Assembly (NCBI GenBank): GCA_018969225.1
Contig: JAGWYS010000001.1
Coordinates: forward strand, 2,279-66,278
DNA length: 64,000 nucleotides
Origin: Gemmatimonadota bacterium
Lineage (GTDB): Bacteria > Gemmatimonadota > Gemmatimonadetes > Gemmatimonadales > Gemmatimonadaceae
Direction of reading: 5' to 3'
Position numbers and translations under genes: made by a program. The notes beneath the pieces are model-generated. The model did not search any database. It saw nothing but the letters and a program-made list of their open reading frames with translations, and had not been told where the DNA came from. Numbering within the stretch: position 1 is the stretch's first letter; each line of letters begins with the position of its first letter. Below, one piece after another: positions 45,739-56,829 of this stretch.

Positions 45739-45790
45739 CGGCGGCGCAGCCCGACGACCGCACCGCCCGGGGAGCCCCCGGGAAACGACA

Positions 45791-45822
45791 CCGCCCCGCC
45801 GCGCAAGAGCGCGACGGGGCGG
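45791..45822 (-). terminator. Hairpin downstream of ssrA, between the convergent FMO and ssrA genes
   Basis: CCGCCCCG..CGCGC-AAGA-GCGCG..CGGGGCGG, followed on the minus strand by UGUCGUUU. Confidence 0.6.
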
Positions 45823-45826
45823 CGAG

Positions 45827-46181
45827 TGGAGGTGAGGGGAATCGAACCCCTGTCCGAGAATAGATTCACCCCGGCTTCTACGTGCGTATCCCGCCGATTG
45901 AGGTCTCCGTCCGCTGGCCAACGGGAAGCCTACGTCCGGACAAGCCCGCTTGATTTCGCACGGAGGTCACAGGCACTCCTCCGCACTAGCCCAGATTTGC
46001 GATACTCACGAGCCGCCCCGGGCGGGCTGCACCGTGAGCACTGCCGGGGTAACCCGAAGGTTACGCGGCGAGCGCCAGGTTGTTGTTGGCGATTGTGATT
46101 TTCCCGAGTGTTTTACCAGGTGCTCGAGGACCTGGGCACGCTACCAGAGCTGCACCACCCCCGTCGAAGCCAGTCACCCCC
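45827..46181 (-). ncRNA. ssrA: tmRNA; tag ANNNLALAA* at 46090-46061
   Basis: 5' GGGGGTGACTGGCTTCGAC; 3' T-arm GGGGTTCGATTCCCC followed by TCACCTCCA; G3-U alanine wobble in the acceptor stem. Tag ORF GCC AAC AAC AAC CTG GCG CTC GCC GCG TAA. Confidence 0.96.
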
Positions 46182-46290
46182 GATCGGGTCCCGCAGTGGC
46201 CGGACGATTTGTTGCCCGGTCCACCCACCCTCCTACACTACACGCGGCCTGGCGGTTCCCGCAATGCTGCCGACCGGTCCCCGCACCGCC

Positions 46291-47334
46291 CTATCCGACC
46301 TCGCACGTGAGCGACATCGGGTCCGGCTCGTCCGGTGACGGTGACGCCTCCGGGTTCCACCCCGCCAGGTAGCCGGTGAAGATGCCCTCCACCTCGGCGA
46401 AGTCCTTCACCTGATGCAGCCGCTGGCGGAGCTCCGCCGAGTTCGGCAGCCCCTTCACGTACCACCCCAAGTGCTTCCGGAACTCGATGGCCGCGCCGAT
46501 CGGGTCCACCTCGTACGCCTGCACAAGGCGCGCATGCTCCAGCGCCACGGCGAACCGCTCCGCCACCCCGGGAGAGGACGCCACAGGGGTCCCGTCCAGC
46601 AGCGCGCGCGCCTGCCGGAAAATCCACGGCTGCCCGAACGATCCCCGCCCGATCATCACGCCGTCGCACCGTGTGTGCTCGTGCATGCGCAACGCGTCCT
46701 GCGGGCTCTTGATGTCCCCGTTCCCCAGCACGGGGATGTCCAGGGCTTCGGCCACCTTGGCGATCTCGTCCCAGTTGGCGTGCCCGGTGTACATCTGCGT
46801 GCGCGTGCGCGCGTGCAGCGCCAGTACGCGCGCGCCGGCGTCCTGGCAGCGCAGGGCGATCCCCACCGGGTCGCGCATCTCCTCGCTCCACCCGCTGCGG
46901 ATCTTGCAGGTGACGGGGAGCGGGGTAGCACGCGACACCGCGCGGATGATGGACTGCACCAGGTCGAGGTCGCGGAGGCACCCGGAGCCGCCATTGCGCC
47001 GGACGACCTTCTTCACCGGGCACCCGAAATTGATGTCCACGAAGTCCGGCGCGAACAGGTCGGTGACCATGGCCGCCGCGTCGGCCATCGCCGCCGGATC
47101 CGCCCCGAAGATCTGCACCCCGATGGGACGCTCCGCCTCGGTGAAGCGCAGCTTGCTGATCGTGGCCTCGTTCTCCCGGCGGATCCCCTCGGCGGAGAGG
47201 AACTCGGTCACCACCACGTCAGCCCCGTGCGCGTGGCAGAGCCGACGGAACGGCGACTCGGAGACGCCGGCCATCGGGGCCAGGTACAGGGGCACCCGCT
47301 GCGGGACAGGGAACGGGAAGCTCTTGCGCTTCAT
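46291..47334 (-). CDS. dusB: tRNA dihydrouridine synthase DusB
   Basis: LAPMAG, QIFG, DINFGCP, G.G, KIR.GW, H.RT, NGDI, MIGRG, RKH..WY. Confidence 0.93.
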   Translation of the reverse strand: MKRKSFPFPVPQRVPLYLAPMAGVSESPFRRLCHAHGADVVVTEFLSAEGIRRENEATISKLRFTEAERPIGVQIFGADPAAMADAAAMVTDLFAPDFVDINFGCPVKKVVRRNGGSGCLRDLDLVQSIIRAVSRATPLPVTCKIRSGWSEEMRDPVGIALRCQDAGARVLALHARTRTQMYTGHANWDEIAKVAEALDIPVLGNGDIKSPQDALRMHEHTRCDGVMIGRGSFGQPWIFRQARALLDGTPVASSPGVAERFAVALEHARLVQAYEVDPIGAAIEFRKHLGWYVKGLPNSAELRQRLHQVKDFAEVEGIFTGYLAGWNPEASPSPDEPDPMSLTCEVG

Positions 47335-47378
47335 GGAGTTGAACCTAGGTGTCCGGGCGCGCCCGGGCAACGGGCCGT

Positions 47379-47406
47379 TTGACTCCCACTCCGTGTCGGT
47401 TATGAT
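47379..47406 (+). promoter_or_regulatory. Near-consensus sigma70 promoter TTGACT-N16-TATGAT
   Basis: The -10 ends 8 nt before ATG 47415 and there is no SD. Confidence 0.65.
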
Positions 47407-47414
47407 ATCCGCAT

Positions 47415-47867
47415 ATGGAACTCCGCGAATTCTTCTCCGAGGACGCCGTCCAGCTGGAGCTGCAAGGCACCAGCAAGGATGAGGTGCTGAAGGAACTCAT
47501 CAGCCTGCTCGGGCTGGACGAGAAGGCGGAGGGGATGCTGTTCAAGATGCTCAAGCGCCGGGAGAACCTGGGATCCACCGGCATCGGCCGCGGCATCGCC
47601 ATCCCGCACTGCCGGTCGTTGGTGGTGAACCGGTTGCGCGTGGCATTCGGGCGCAAGCCCGACGGCGTGGACTTCAAGGCCATCGACGACAAGCCGGTCC
47701 ACTTCTTCTTCCTCATCGTGGCGCCACCACTGGAGGTGTCCAACCAGTACCTCCCGGTGCTGGGGAAGATCGCCCAGTTCAGCAAGGAAGGGGACGTGCC
47801 CGCGCGGCTGCTGGCGCTGGAGTCGCCGGCCGAGTTCATGGCGCTCCTGGAGGAGAAGCGGGTCTGA
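47415..47867 (+). CDS. PTS IIA component (Fru/Ntr-type)
   Basis: RE..GSTGIG.GIAIPH (phospho-His), G.DF...D..PV..FF. Confidence 0.92.
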   Translation: MELREFFSEDAVQLELQGTSKDEVLKELISLLGLDEKAEGMLFKMLKRRENLGSTGIGRGIAIPHCRSLVVNRLRVAFGRKPDGVDFKAIDDKPVHFFFLIVAPPLEVSNQYLPVLGKIAQFSKEGDVPARLLALESPAEFMALLEEKRV

Positions 47868-47895
47868 CCCGCCCGGGGCGCCCGATGACGCTCCG

Positions 47896-49266
47896 CTAGC
47901 CGTCCAGGCGCACCCGCGCGATCGGCGCGCGAAACCGCTGCCACACCCGGACGGATTGCAGCACGCCGGCCATCGCCAGCCCCGCCACCAGCCCGATCCA
48001 GAGCCCGCGCTCCCGCCACGGCGTCCGGAACCCCAGCCACGCCCCCAGCGGCATCCCCACCGCCCAAAAGGCGAGCAGGTGGAGCAACGCGGGAATGCGC
48101 GTGTCGCCGGTGCCGCGCAGGACGCCACTGGTGACCCCCTGCAGCCCGTCGAACACCTGGAAAACCCCCGCGATGGGGATGAGGGCGGCCGCCACCGCCA
48201 CCGTGGCCGTCTCCGTGGTGTAGCGGGTGGCCAGCCACTGCGGGGCCAGGAGGAACAGCGCGGCCGTCAGCGTCATGAACGCCACGCCGCAAGCGATGGC
48301 GGCCAGCGCGTCCCTCCTTGCCGCATCCTGGTCTCCGCGGCCGATGGCCCGCCCCACGACCGCCGCAGCGGCACCCGAAATCCCCAGCGGGACCATGTAC
48401 GTCATGGCCGCCAGGTTGAGGGCAATCTCGTGCCCGGCGAGTGACGCCGTGCCCATCCACCCCATGAGCAGCGCGGTGAAGCCGAAGGCGAACGACTCGA
48501 AGAACCACTGCGCGGCAATCGGAGCGCCGATGCGGGTGAGGCGCCACAACGGGGCCGTCAGCCACGCGGCGGCGCGCCACGGCCGCACGGTGGGCCGCAG
48601 GCGCGGCCACGCCATCCAGCCCAGCCCCCCCGCCATCACCCAGGTGGCCGCGGCGGTGGCGTACCCGGCACCCGTCACGCCAAGGGCCGGGGCTCCCCAA
48701 TGCCCTTCAATCAGCATCCAGTTGGCGGCCACGTTCACCACGTTGGCGGCGAGGACGGCGAGCAGTACCGGGCGCACCGTGCCCATGGCCTGCAGCACCT
48801 GCCGCATGAGGAGGAACGCGAAGAAGGGCGCCACGGCGAGCGCGCGCCGCCGAACGTAGCGCGCCGTCTCCCCCACCACCTCCGTGGGCTGGCGCAACCC
48901 GTCCAGCAACCATTCGCCGGGGAGCAGCGCCACCGTCACCACCGCCGCAACGCCCAGCGCTAGCAGGACGCCCCGCTGCACCCCCAACGCCACGGCCTCG
49001 TCGTCGCGGGCCCCCACCCCCTGGGCCACGACCGGGTCGAGGGCGAAGAGCAGCCCCATGCCGAAGACGCTGGCGTTGAACACGTAGAAATTTCCAAGGG
49101 CAACGGCGGCAATGGCGGCGCCCCCGAGCCGACCGACCATGAGGGCGTCCACCAAACCCATCGCCTGCATCCCCATGTTGACCAGCACCACGGGAGCGGC
49201 CAGGCGTGCCATCTCCCGCAGGTGGACGCCATGCCACACGTCTTCCGCCGTCGCCCCGCCGGTCAT
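47896..49266 (-). CDS. MATE family efflux transporter (NorM-like)
   Basis: Multiple TM helices; VD..MVG.LG, Q..GA, G.P.LG..GAG.AT, FQ.FD..Q...G.LRG.GD. Confidence 0.92.
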   Translation of the reverse strand: MTGGATAEDVWHGVHLREMARLAAPVVLVNMGMQAMGLVDALMVGRLGGAAIAAVALGNFYVFNASVFGMGLLFALDPVVAQGVGARDDEAVALGVQRGVLLALGVAAVVTVALLPGEWLLDGLRQPTEVVGETARYVRRRALAVAPFFAFLLMRQVLQAMGTVRPVLLAVLAANVVNVAANWMLIEGHWGAPALGVTGAGYATAAATWVMAGGLGWMAWPRLRPTVRPWRAAAWLTAPLWRLTRIGAPIAAQWFFESFAFGFTALLMGWMGTASLAGHEIALNLAAMTYMVPLGISGAAAAVVGRAIGRGDQDAARRDALAAIACGVAFMTLTAALFLLAPQWLATRYTTETATVAVAAALIPIAGVFQVFDGLQGVTSGVLRGTGDTRIPALLHLLAFWAVGMPLGAWLGFRTPWRERGLWIGLVAGLAMAGVLQSVRVWQRFRAPIARVRLDG

Positions 49267-49420
49267 GCCACCCCCCTCACGCCACCCTCCCCGCCGTCCG
49301 TGATTTCGCCAAGGGCGTCCCGTACGGCGCACCCCGGCCGCAATGTAAGGGACCTCTGGATTTCCCGGGCCACTGCGCCCTGCCCGCCCCGCTTCCGCTC
49401 CCGCTCACCCTCGTCCGCCC

Positions 49421-50644
49421 ATGAACCACCCAGCCGCCGACCCGACGCCCTCCGAGCCGTTCGACTTTGACGACATGGTGGAGCGGCGTGACACCAACTC
49501 CCTCAAGTGGGCCTTTGCCCGGGACTTCATCACCCCGGAGCAGGCCGCCGCAGATCCGCTCCCCATGTGGCTCGCCGACATGGACTTCCGGGTGGCCCAG
49601 CCCATCCTTGACGCGCTCCACGCCGAGCTGACTCGCGGGGTCCTCGGCTACGGAGGCACCCCCGACGCGTGCCGGGAGGCGGTGGTCGGCTGGCAGGCGC
49701 GTCGCTTCGACTGGCCGGCGCGGCCGGAGTGGCTGGTGCAGACCCCCGGCGTGATCAGCGCGCTCAACATGGCGGTGCAGGCGTTTTCGCACCCCGGTGA
49801 CCACGTGCTGGTGCAACCCCCGGTGTACTTCCACTTCCTCCACGACATCCTCGTCAACGGGCGACGGCTCGCGCTCGCCCCCCTCACCCTGGACGAGGGA
49901 CGCTACCGCTTCGACCCGGAGCGATTCGAGGCCGCGATCACCCCGGGGACGCGGCTGTTCATCCTGTGCAACCCGCACAACCCCACGGGCTCCATGTGGA
50001 CGCGCGCGGAGCTGGCCACGATGGCCGCGATCTGCGACCGCCACGGGGTGCTGATCATTGCGGACGAGGTGCACGAGGACCTCGTGTTCGACGGCGACCG
50101 CCGGCATGTCCCCATGGCGATGCTGGACGAGGCGGTCGCGCGCCGCACGATCACCTGCACGGCGCCCAGCAAGACCTTCAACCTGGCCGGGCTCTCCTGC
50201 GCCAACATCCTCATCCCCGACCCGCGGCTCCGGCAGGCGTTCGAGGCGCAGCGGGAGCGCAACGGGGTGTTCCTGGCCAACACCATGGGGACGGCGGCCT
50301 GCGAGGCGGCGTACCGGCACGGGGAACCGTGGCTCGAGGCGATGCTCGGCTACCTGCGGGGGAACCAGCGGCACTTCGCAGCCCGAGTGCGTGACCTCGG
50401 ACTCCCCGTCGCCGTCACCCCCACCAACGCGCTGTACCTGGCCTGGCTCGACTTCCGGGCCCTCGGACTCTCCCCGGCGGCGCTGCACGACCGGCTGCTG
50501 CGCCGCGGGCGCCTGTGGCTGGACCCCGGGCAGAAGTTCGGCGCCGAGGGCGAAGGCTTCATGCGGATCAACCTGGCCTGCCCGCGCCCTCGGGTGGATG
50601 AGGCGATCGCGCGGCTGGCCGAGGCATGCGCCGCCTCGGACTAG
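49421..50644 (+). CDS. PatB/MalY family PLP-dependent C-S lyase/aminotransferase
   Basis: S.KW, PMWLADMDF, LCNPHNPTG, DEVH.D, APSKTFNLAG, YLAWLD, R.N.ACP. Confidence 0.92.
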   Translation: MNHPAADPTPSEPFDFDDMVERRDTNSLKWAFARDFITPEQAAADPLPMWLADMDFRVAQPILDALHAELTRGVLGYGGTPDACREAVVGWQARRFDWPARPEWLVQTPGVISALNMAVQAFSHPGDHVLVQPPVYFHFLHDILVNGRRLALAPLTLDEGRYRFDPERFEAAITPGTRLFILCNPHNPTGSMWTRAELATMAAICDRHGVLIIADEVHEDLVFDGDRRHVPMAMLDEAVARRTITCTAPSKTFNLAGLSCANILIPDPRLRQAFEAQRERNGVFLANTMGTAACEAAYRHGEPWLEAMLGYLRGNQRHFAARVRDLGLPVAVTPTNALYLAWLDFRALGLSPAALHDRLLRRGRLWLDPGQKFGAEGEGFMRINLACPRPRVDEAIARLAEACAASD

Positions 50645-50657
50645 CCGCCCGTTCGGC

Positions 50658-52202
50658 TCACTCCCACTCGATCGTGGCGGGCGGCTTGGAACTGACGTCG
50701 TACACGACCCGGTTGACGCCGTCCACCTCGTTGATGATGCGATTGGAGATCCGCCCCAGCACCTCGTGCGGGAACGGGTACCAGTCGGCGGTCATCCCGT
50801 CGGTGCTGGTGACGGCGCGCAGCGCGATCACGTGCTCGTAGGTGCGCCCGTCCCCCATCACCCCCACCGACCGCACGGGGAGGAACACCGCGAACGCCTG
50901 CCAGATGTCCTGGTACAGCCCGGCGGCGCGGATCTCCTCCAGATAGATCGCGTCGGCCTTGCGCAGGATGTCGAGCGCCTGCGGCGAGACCTCCCCCAGC
51001 ACGCGGATCGCCAGCCCCGGGCCGGGGAACGGATGGCGCCCCACCATCTCCTCGGGGAGCCCCAGCTCGCGCCCCACGTTGCGCACCTCGTCCTTGAACA
51101 GCTCGCGCAGCGGCTCGATCAGGCGGAACTGCATGTCGGGCTTGAGCCCGCCCACGTTGTGGTGCGTCTTGATGGTGGCCGAGGGGCCGCCCTTGGCACT
51201 CACCGACTCGATCACGTCGGGGTACAGCGTCCCCTGCACCAGGAACTCGGCATGCGCGCCCGCGTCCCGCGACGCGTCCTCGAACACGTCGATGAACGTG
51301 TGCCCGATGATCTTCCGCTTCCGCTCCGGGTCCCCTTCCCCCGCCAGCGCGTCCAGGAAGCGCGCTTCGGCGCGCACCGTCACCAGCTTGATGCCCAGGT
51401 GGGCCCGGAACGTGCGCTCCACCTGCTCACGCTCGTGCAGGCGCAGCAGCCCGGTGTCCACGAAGATGCAGGTGAGCTGGTCACCGATGGCGCGGTGCAC
51501 CAGCGCCGCAGCCACACTGGAGTCCACCCCGCCGGAGAGCCCGCAGATCACCTGGCGATCCCCCACCAACTCGCGGATGCGGGCCACTTCCTGCTCGATG
51601 AAGTGCCCCGGGGTCCAGTCGGGGGTGCACCGGCACACGTCGAAGAGGAAGTTGCCGATCAGCTCGGCGCCGCGGACGGTGTGCGCCACCTCGGCGTGAA
51701 ACTGGATCGCGTGGATGGGGCGCGACTGGTGCCGGAAGCCGGCCACCACCTGGTTGCCGCTCCACGCCGTGGCGACGTAGCCCGGTGGGACGACCTCGAC
51801 GTGGTCGCCGTGGCTCATCCACACCGTGGTGCGCTCGCCGGCCGAGAAGCCGGCGAAGAGTCCCGCCGCCTCCGCCACCTCCACCTCGGCGCGCCCGTAC
51901 TCGCGCCGCCCGCCGGCCGCCACGGCGCCGCCTTCCAGGTGCGCGATGAGTTGCATCCCGTAGCACACCCCCAGCACCGGGCAGATGTCGAGGATCCCGG
52001 ACGGGACGGTGGGCGCCCCCTCGTCACGGACCGAGCTGGGCCCGCCGGACAGGATGATGCCGTCGGGGCGCCAGTCCCGGATCCACTGCAGGGACCGCGT
52101 GGCGGGATGGATTTCGGAATACACGCGCGCCTCGCGCACCCGGCGCGCGATGAGCTGGGTGAACTGCGACCCGCAGTCCAGGATGAGGATGCGACTGCCC
52201 AT
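50658..52202 (-). CDS. guaA: GMP synthase (glutamine-hydrolysing)
   Basis: [54 protein letters not shown]. Confidence 0.97.
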   Translation of the reverse strand: MGSRILILDCGSQFTQLIARRVREARVYSEIHPATRSLQWIRDWRPDGIILSGGPSSVRDEGAPTVPSGILDICPVLGVCYGMQLIAHLEGGAVAAGGRREYGRAEVEVAEAAGLFAGFSAGERTTVWMSHGDHVEVVPPGYVATAWSGNQVVAGFRHQSRPIHAIQFHAEVAHTVRGAELIGNFLFDVCRCTPDWTPGHFIEQEVARIRELVGDRQVICGLSGGVDSSVAAALVHRAIGDQLTCIFVDTGLLRLHEREQVERTFRAHLGIKLVTVRAEARFLDALAGEGDPERKRKIIGHTFIDVFEDASRDAGAHAEFLVQGTLYPDVIESVSAKGGPSATIKTHHNVGGLKPDMQFRLIEPLRELFKDEVRNVGRELGLPEEMVGRHPFPGPGLAIRVLGEVSPQALDILRKADAIYLEEIRAAGLYQDIWQAFAVFLPVRSVGVMGDGRTYEHVIALRAVTSTDGMTADWYPFPHEVLGRISNRIINEVDGVNRVVYDVSSKPPATIEWE

Positions 52203-52714
52203 CAGGTTTGCCACTCCGGCCCGGTCAGCTTGAGGAACTCGACGCCCATGGTGTCGAGGTCGAGTATGGCCCCGGTGGGGGCGCCATGCAGCCACCCGCA
52301 CCCCTCCCCGGGGTTGACGATGAGGGTGTCGCCGCGCGCCTTCATCTCGGGGACGTGCGTGAAGCCGTGCACCACGACCTGGTGCCCGTCGATGGAGCGC
52401 TGCTGGACATCGGCCAGGTCATGGACCAGCAGCACCGCCTTCCCCCCCAGGTCGAAGCTGTGCGGCGCCTCGTACAGCTCCGTGGCGCCGAAGCCCAGGG
52501 CGGCGGCGGCGCGGAGCGCGTCCCGGTCGCCGTCATTGCGCCCGAACACCCCCAGCAGCGGCAGCGACAGCTCCTGGTAGGGGCGCAGCGAGAACGGGGC
52601 GCAGTGGTCGCCGGCGTGCATCACCAGCGAGACGCCCCCCACCACCATCTGCTCCAGCAGCGCGCGGACCGCGGGGACGCGGTCGTGGGTGTCGGACAGC
52701 AGGCCGATCCGCAT
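52202..52714 (-). CDS. YfcE/MJ0936-like metallophosphoesterase with degenerate motifs
   Basis: SDTHD, HAGD, GRND, H, GFTH, NPGE. Confidence 0.82.
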   Translation of the reverse strand: MRIGLLSDTHDRVPAVRALLEQMVVGGVSLVMHAGDHCAPFSLRPYQELSLPLLGVFGRNDGDRDALRAAAALGFGATELYEAPHSFDLGGKAVLLVHDLADVQQRSIDGHQVVVHGFTHVPEMKARGDTLIVNPGEGCGWLHGAPTGAILDLDTMGVEFLKLTGPEWQT

Positions 52715-54042
52715 CAGGCGCTCCTCCAGGTCAGGGGATGTCGTTCGAGGCGCAGGAGATCCTCGGGCCGCTCGCGCTCGGCGACGAGCGCGTGCCGGTC
52801 GCCGTCCACCAGCACCTCGGCAGGACGGGGGCGGGTGTTGTAATGGGACGCCATCGTGTAGCCGTAGGCGCCGGCGGTGAGCACGGCCAGCAACCCGCCG
52901 GGTGACACATCGGGCACCACGCGCCCGCGGGCCAGGAAGTCCCCGGACTCACAGATCGGGCCAACGACATCCGCCGTCACCGTGTCGTCCACCGCCTCCA
53001 CGGCCACGATGCCGTGGTCGGCCTGGTAGAGCGACGGGCGCAGCAGGTCTCCCATGCCCGCGTCCGTGACCACAAACGCCTTCCCGTTGGCCTGCTTCCG
53101 GTAGAGCACCGTGGTGAGCAGCACCCCGGACTCCGCCACCAGGAAGCGACCAGGCTCGAGCAGCAGCGTGACCCCGGCGCCGGCCACCGCCGCCCGCACC
53201 GTGGCCGCATAGGCCGACACATCGGCGGGCGCCTCGCCGGGGAGATACGGGACCGACAGGCCGCCACCCACGTCCAGCCATTCCACCCGATGTCCGGCGC
53301 CGCGCACCGTGGCCAGCGCCTCCAGCAGCCTCGGCAGCGCCTCGCGCATCGGGTCGGCGTTGGCGATCTGCGACCCCAGGTGCATGCCCACCCCGCGCAC
53401 GGCCACGTGACGGAGCCGCGACGCCGCCTGCGCCACGCGCCCGATGTCATCCCGCGGGATCCCGAACTTCTGCCCCTTCTCCCCGGTGCGGATGTAGGCG
53501 TGGGGGGTGTCCACCATGACCTCGGGGTTGACGCGAAAGGCGACCGGCGCGACCACGCCCAGGCGCCCTGCCACCGCGTCCACCACTTCGAGCTCCGCCT
53601 CCGACTCCACGTTCAGCAAGCGCACGCCGGCGCGCAGCGCGGCCTCGATCTCCGCGACCGTCTTCCCCACCCCGCTGAAGACGATGTCGCCGCCGTCGCA
53701 CCCCGCCTCCAGCGCGCGATGCAGCTCGCCCCCCGACACGATGTCCATCCCGGCGCCCAGCGCGCGCAGCGCCCGCAGCACCGACAGGTTGCTGTTGGCC
53801 TTGACGGCGAAATGGATGTGGTGCGGCACCCCGGCGAACGCGTTGGCGAGCGTCGCGTAGCGCTCCCGGATGGTGCCCAGGCTGTACACGTACGCGGGCG
53901 TCCCCACCGCCTCGGCGATCGCGGACAGCGGCACTCCCTCGCAGCACAGCGCCCCGCTGCGACGCGCCAGCGCAGCCGGGCGCGGCCACGCCTCCGGCGG
54001 CGCGACCGCCGCCGGCGGGGCGTTCAGTACGCCCGCGCCCAT
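52714..54042 (-). CDS. lysA: Diaminopimelate decarboxylase
   Basis: [44 protein letters not shown]...YN. Confidence 0.95.
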   Translation of the reverse strand: MGAGVLNAPPAAVAPPEAWPRPAALARRSGALCCEGVPLSAIAEAVGTPAYVYSLGTIRERYATLANAFAGVPHHIHFAVKANSNLSVLRALRALGAGMDIVSGGELHRALEAGCDGGDIVFSGVGKTVAEIEAALRAGVRLLNVESEAELEVVDAVAGRLGVVAPVAFRVNPEVMVDTPHAYIRTGEKGQKFGIPRDDIGRVAQAASRLRHVAVRGVGMHLGSQIANADPMREALPRLLEALATVRGAGHRVEWLDVGGGLSVPYLPGEAPADVSAYAATVRAAVAGAGVTLLLEPGRFLVAESGVLLTTVLYRKQANGKAFVVTDAGMGDLLRPSLYQADHGIVAVEAVDDTVTADVVGPICESGDFLARGRVVPDVSPGGLLAVLTAGAYGYTMASHYNTRPRPAEVLVDGDRHALVAERERPEDLLRLERHPLTWRSA

Positions 54043-55493
54043 ATCACCTCGTGCTTCGCGGGCTCGCCGGTCACCAGGCAGCGCGTTGGCGGTTCAGCCG
54101 AGCGGAACTCCGCATCGGGGATCACGCGGATCGTGGCCTTGGTCTCCTCCTTGACCCGCTGCTCAACCGCCGGGTCGCCGCTCCAGCCGGCGTACACGAA
54201 CGCGCCCGGACCCTCCATCACCTCGCGGAAGCGATCGTAGCTGATCCGCTCGCGGATGGAATTGGCCTCCAGGCGCGCCCGCGCCGCGGCGAGCATGTCC
54301 GCCTGCATCCCCTCCAGGACGGCGGGCAGCTCCGCACGCAGCGCGTCGAACGCCATCGGGCGCTTCTCCCGCGTGTCGCGGCGCACCAGCAGCCCCGCCC
54401 CGGACGCCAGGTCGCGGGGGCCGATTTCCAGCCGCAGCGGGATGCCGCGCAGCTCCCAGTGGTAGTACTTGGCCCCGGGCTTGATCCCGACGCGGTCGTC
54501 CACGTGGCAGCGGATCCGCTCATGGTCCGGGCGCTTGAAGCTCCCCAGGTCGTCCGCGATGCGGCGCGCCGCCTCGATGGTGGCCGCGCGCTCCTCGTCG
54601 GTCTTCCAGATCGGGACGATCACCACCTGGATGGGCGCCAGCCGCGGCGGCAGGCGAAGCCCCGCGTCGTCGCCGTGCGTCATCACCAGCCCACCGATCA
54701 TGCGGGTGGACACGCCCCAGCTGGTGTTCCACGCGTGGTCCTGCTGCCCCGCCTCGTTCTGGAAGGTGAGGTCGAAGGCCTTGGCGAAGTTCTGCCCCAG
54801 GTTGTGCGACGTCCCCGCCTGCAGCGCCTTGTTGTCCTGCATCAGCGCCTCGCAGGCGTAGGTGCGGAGCGCGCCGGCGAACTTCTCCGACTCCGTCTTC
54901 TGGCCGGTGACCACGGGCATGGCCATGTACCCCTCCATGAACTCGCGGTACACCCCGAGCATCCGGCGCGTCTCGGCCTCGGCCTCGTCATGCGTGGCGT
55001 GCGCGGTGTGCCCCTCCTGCCACAGGAACTCCATCGTGCGCAGGAAGAGCCGCGTGCGCATCTCCCACCGCACGACGTTGGCCCACTGGTTGTACAGGAG
55101 GGGGAGGTCCCGGTAGCTCTGCACCCACTTCGCGAACATCGAGTAGATGATCGTCTCCGAGGTGGGGCGCACCACGAGCCGCTCCTCCAGCGCCTTCCCA
55201 CCGCCGTGGGTGACCACCGCGCACTCCGGCGCGAACCCCTCGACGTGCTGCGCCTCCTTCGACAGGAAGCTCTCCGGGATGAACAGCGGGAAGTACGCGT
55301 TCACGTGCCCGGTGGCCTTGAACATGTCGTCCAGCGCCCGCTGCATCCGCTCCCAGATCCCGTAGCCGAGCGGCCGGATGACCATGCACCCGCGGACCGG
55401 CGAGTAGTCGGCCAGCTCCGCGCGGAGCACCAGCTCGTTGTACCAGTCGCTGAAGTTGTCGGCGCGGGTGGTCAGCTTCTTGTCGTCACTCAT
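54024..55493 (-). CDS. proS: Proline--tRNA ligase, archaeal/eukaryote-like type
   Basis: [59 protein letters not shown]-terminal Tyr. Confidence 0.96.
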   Translation of the reverse strand: MSDDKKLTTRADNFSDWYNELVLRAELADYSPVRGCMVIRPLGYGIWERMQRALDDMFKATGHVNAYFPLFIPESFLSKEAQHVEGFAPECAVVTHGGGKALEERLVVRPTSETIIYSMFAKWVQSYRDLPLLYNQWANVVRWEMRTRLFLRTMEFLWQEGHTAHATHDEAEAETRRMLGVYREFMEGYMAMPVVTGQKTESEKFAGALRTYACEALMQDNKALQAGTSHNLGQNFAKAFDLTFQNEAGQQDHAWNTSWGVSTRMIGGLVMTHGDDAGLRLPPRLAPIQVVIVPIWKTDEERAATIEAARRIADDLGSFKRPDHERIRCHVDDRVGIKPGAKYYHWELRGIPLRLEIGPRDLASGAGLLVRRDTREKRPMAFDALRAELPAVLEGMQADMLAAARARLEANSIRERISYDRFREVMEGPGAFVYAGWSGDPAVEQRVKEETKATIRVIPDAEFRSAEPPTRCLVTGEPAKHEVIWARAY

Positions 55494-56820
55494 GGGGCGT
55501 CGGAGAGGGGGCGGGGGGCGCGGCCGTCGCCAGGGAGGCGACGAGGGCGTCGACCGAGGAAAAGGACAGGTCCGGGGCGCCCGGGCGGCGCCAGGTGAAG
55601 GCGGGGTGACCGGCGGCGCGCCCCGCCGCGGGCGTCACCACGACAAAGCCGGCGGCGCCCGCCTTGCTCCCGGCCTCCAGCTGCCGGGCCAACGGCTGGG
55701 GGCGCAAGGCGTACTCCACGCTCAGCCCGGCGGCCCGAAGCGAGGTGGCCGTGCGCAAGAGTTCCGCGGGCGCATCCGGGTCGGCCCGGTCCTGCGCCAC
55801 CCAGCAGTCCAGCCGCGGCGCCACCGCCGGCATCAGGCCACGCTCCACGAGCAGTTCGCGCAGCACCACGTCCCCCATCCCGAACCCCAGCGCGGGGAGG
55901 TCGGCGCCGCCCAGCGACGCCAGCAGGGTGTCGTAGCGCCCGCCGCCGCAGATGGCGCGGAACTCCCCCACGGCGTCGAACAGCTCGAACACGATGCCCG
56001 TGTAGTAGGCCAGCCCGCGGACGATGGTGAGGTCGAAGCGGATCCACTCGCGGATCCCCAGCGCGTCGGCGTGCGCCAGGTACTGCGCGAAGCGGGCCGC
56101 CGGCTCGCGCACCGTCGGCGCGTCGCCGTAGCGCGCCTGCAATGCCGCAAAGTCCAGCGCGCCGAACCCCAACACCTCCTCTGCCACCTGTGCGGACAGT
56201 CCGGCGGCCGCCAGCAGCTCTCGGGACCGCTCCACCGGCTGGCGGTCCAGCTTGTCCAGCACCGCGTACACGGCGGCCCACACCGCCTCGGCCAGCCCAA
56301 GGTGCGCCAGCACGCCGTTGAGGAGGCGCCGGTCGCTCACGCGGGCCCGCACGTCACGCGCCGTCAGCCCGAAGGCGCGCATGAGGTCCACGGCCACCGC
56401 CAGCAGCTCGGCGTCGGCCAGGACGTCGGCCTCGCCCACGATGTCCACGTTCAGCTGGAAGTGCTCGCGCAGGCGCCCCTTCTGGGTGCGCTCGTACCGG
56501 AACAGCTGCGGCACGGCGAACCAGCGCACCGGCTTCCGCAGCGCCTGCGCCCGTGCACCCACCAGCCGCGCCAGCGTCGGGGTCATCTCGGGGCGGAGCG
56601 CGACGGCGCGCCCCCCCTTGTCCTCGAAGTGGTACAACTGGCCGACGATCTCGTCGCCGCTCTTCTGCGTGTACAGTTCCAGCGGTTCCAGCGGCGGCCC
56701 GTCGTACTCGTGAAAGGCGTACCGCCGCACCACCCGGCGCCAGGTGTCGACGATGTGGGCGCGCTCGGCGAACTGCTCCGGGTAGAAGTCGCGGAACCCC
56801 GGCAGTGGCTTCGTTGGCAT
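55486..56820 (-). CDS. hisS: Histidine--tRNA ligase
   Basis: [40 protein letters not shown]. Confidence 0.96.
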   Translation of the reverse strand: MPTKPLPGFRDFYPEQFAERAHIVDTWRRVVRRYAFHEYDGPPLEPLELYTQKSGDEIVGQLYHFEDKGGRAVALRPEMTPTLARLVGARAQALRKPVRWFAVPQLFRYERTQKGRLREHFQLNVDIVGEADVLADAELLAVAVDLMRAFGLTARDVRARVSDRRLLNGVLAHLGLAEAVWAAVYAVLDKLDRQPVERSRELLAAAGLSAQVAEEVLGFGALDFAALQARYGDAPTVREPAARFAQYLAHADALGIREWIRFDLTIVRGLAYYTGIVFELFDAVGEFRAICGGGRYDTLLASLGGADLPALGFGMGDVVLRELLVERGLMPAVAPRLDCWVAQDRADPDAPAELLRTATSLRAAGLSVEYALRPQPLARQLEAGSKAGAAGFVVVTPAAGRAAGHPAFTWRRPGAPDLSFSSVDALVASLATAAPPAPSPTPHE

Positions 56821-56829
56821 CCCGGTAAC

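Noticed and set aside
45826-46372. Short ORFs over the ssrA region, and a possible tRNA call at 45827-45860
   Set aside because: Both are explained by the tmRNA. The T-arm belongs to its tRNA-like domain.
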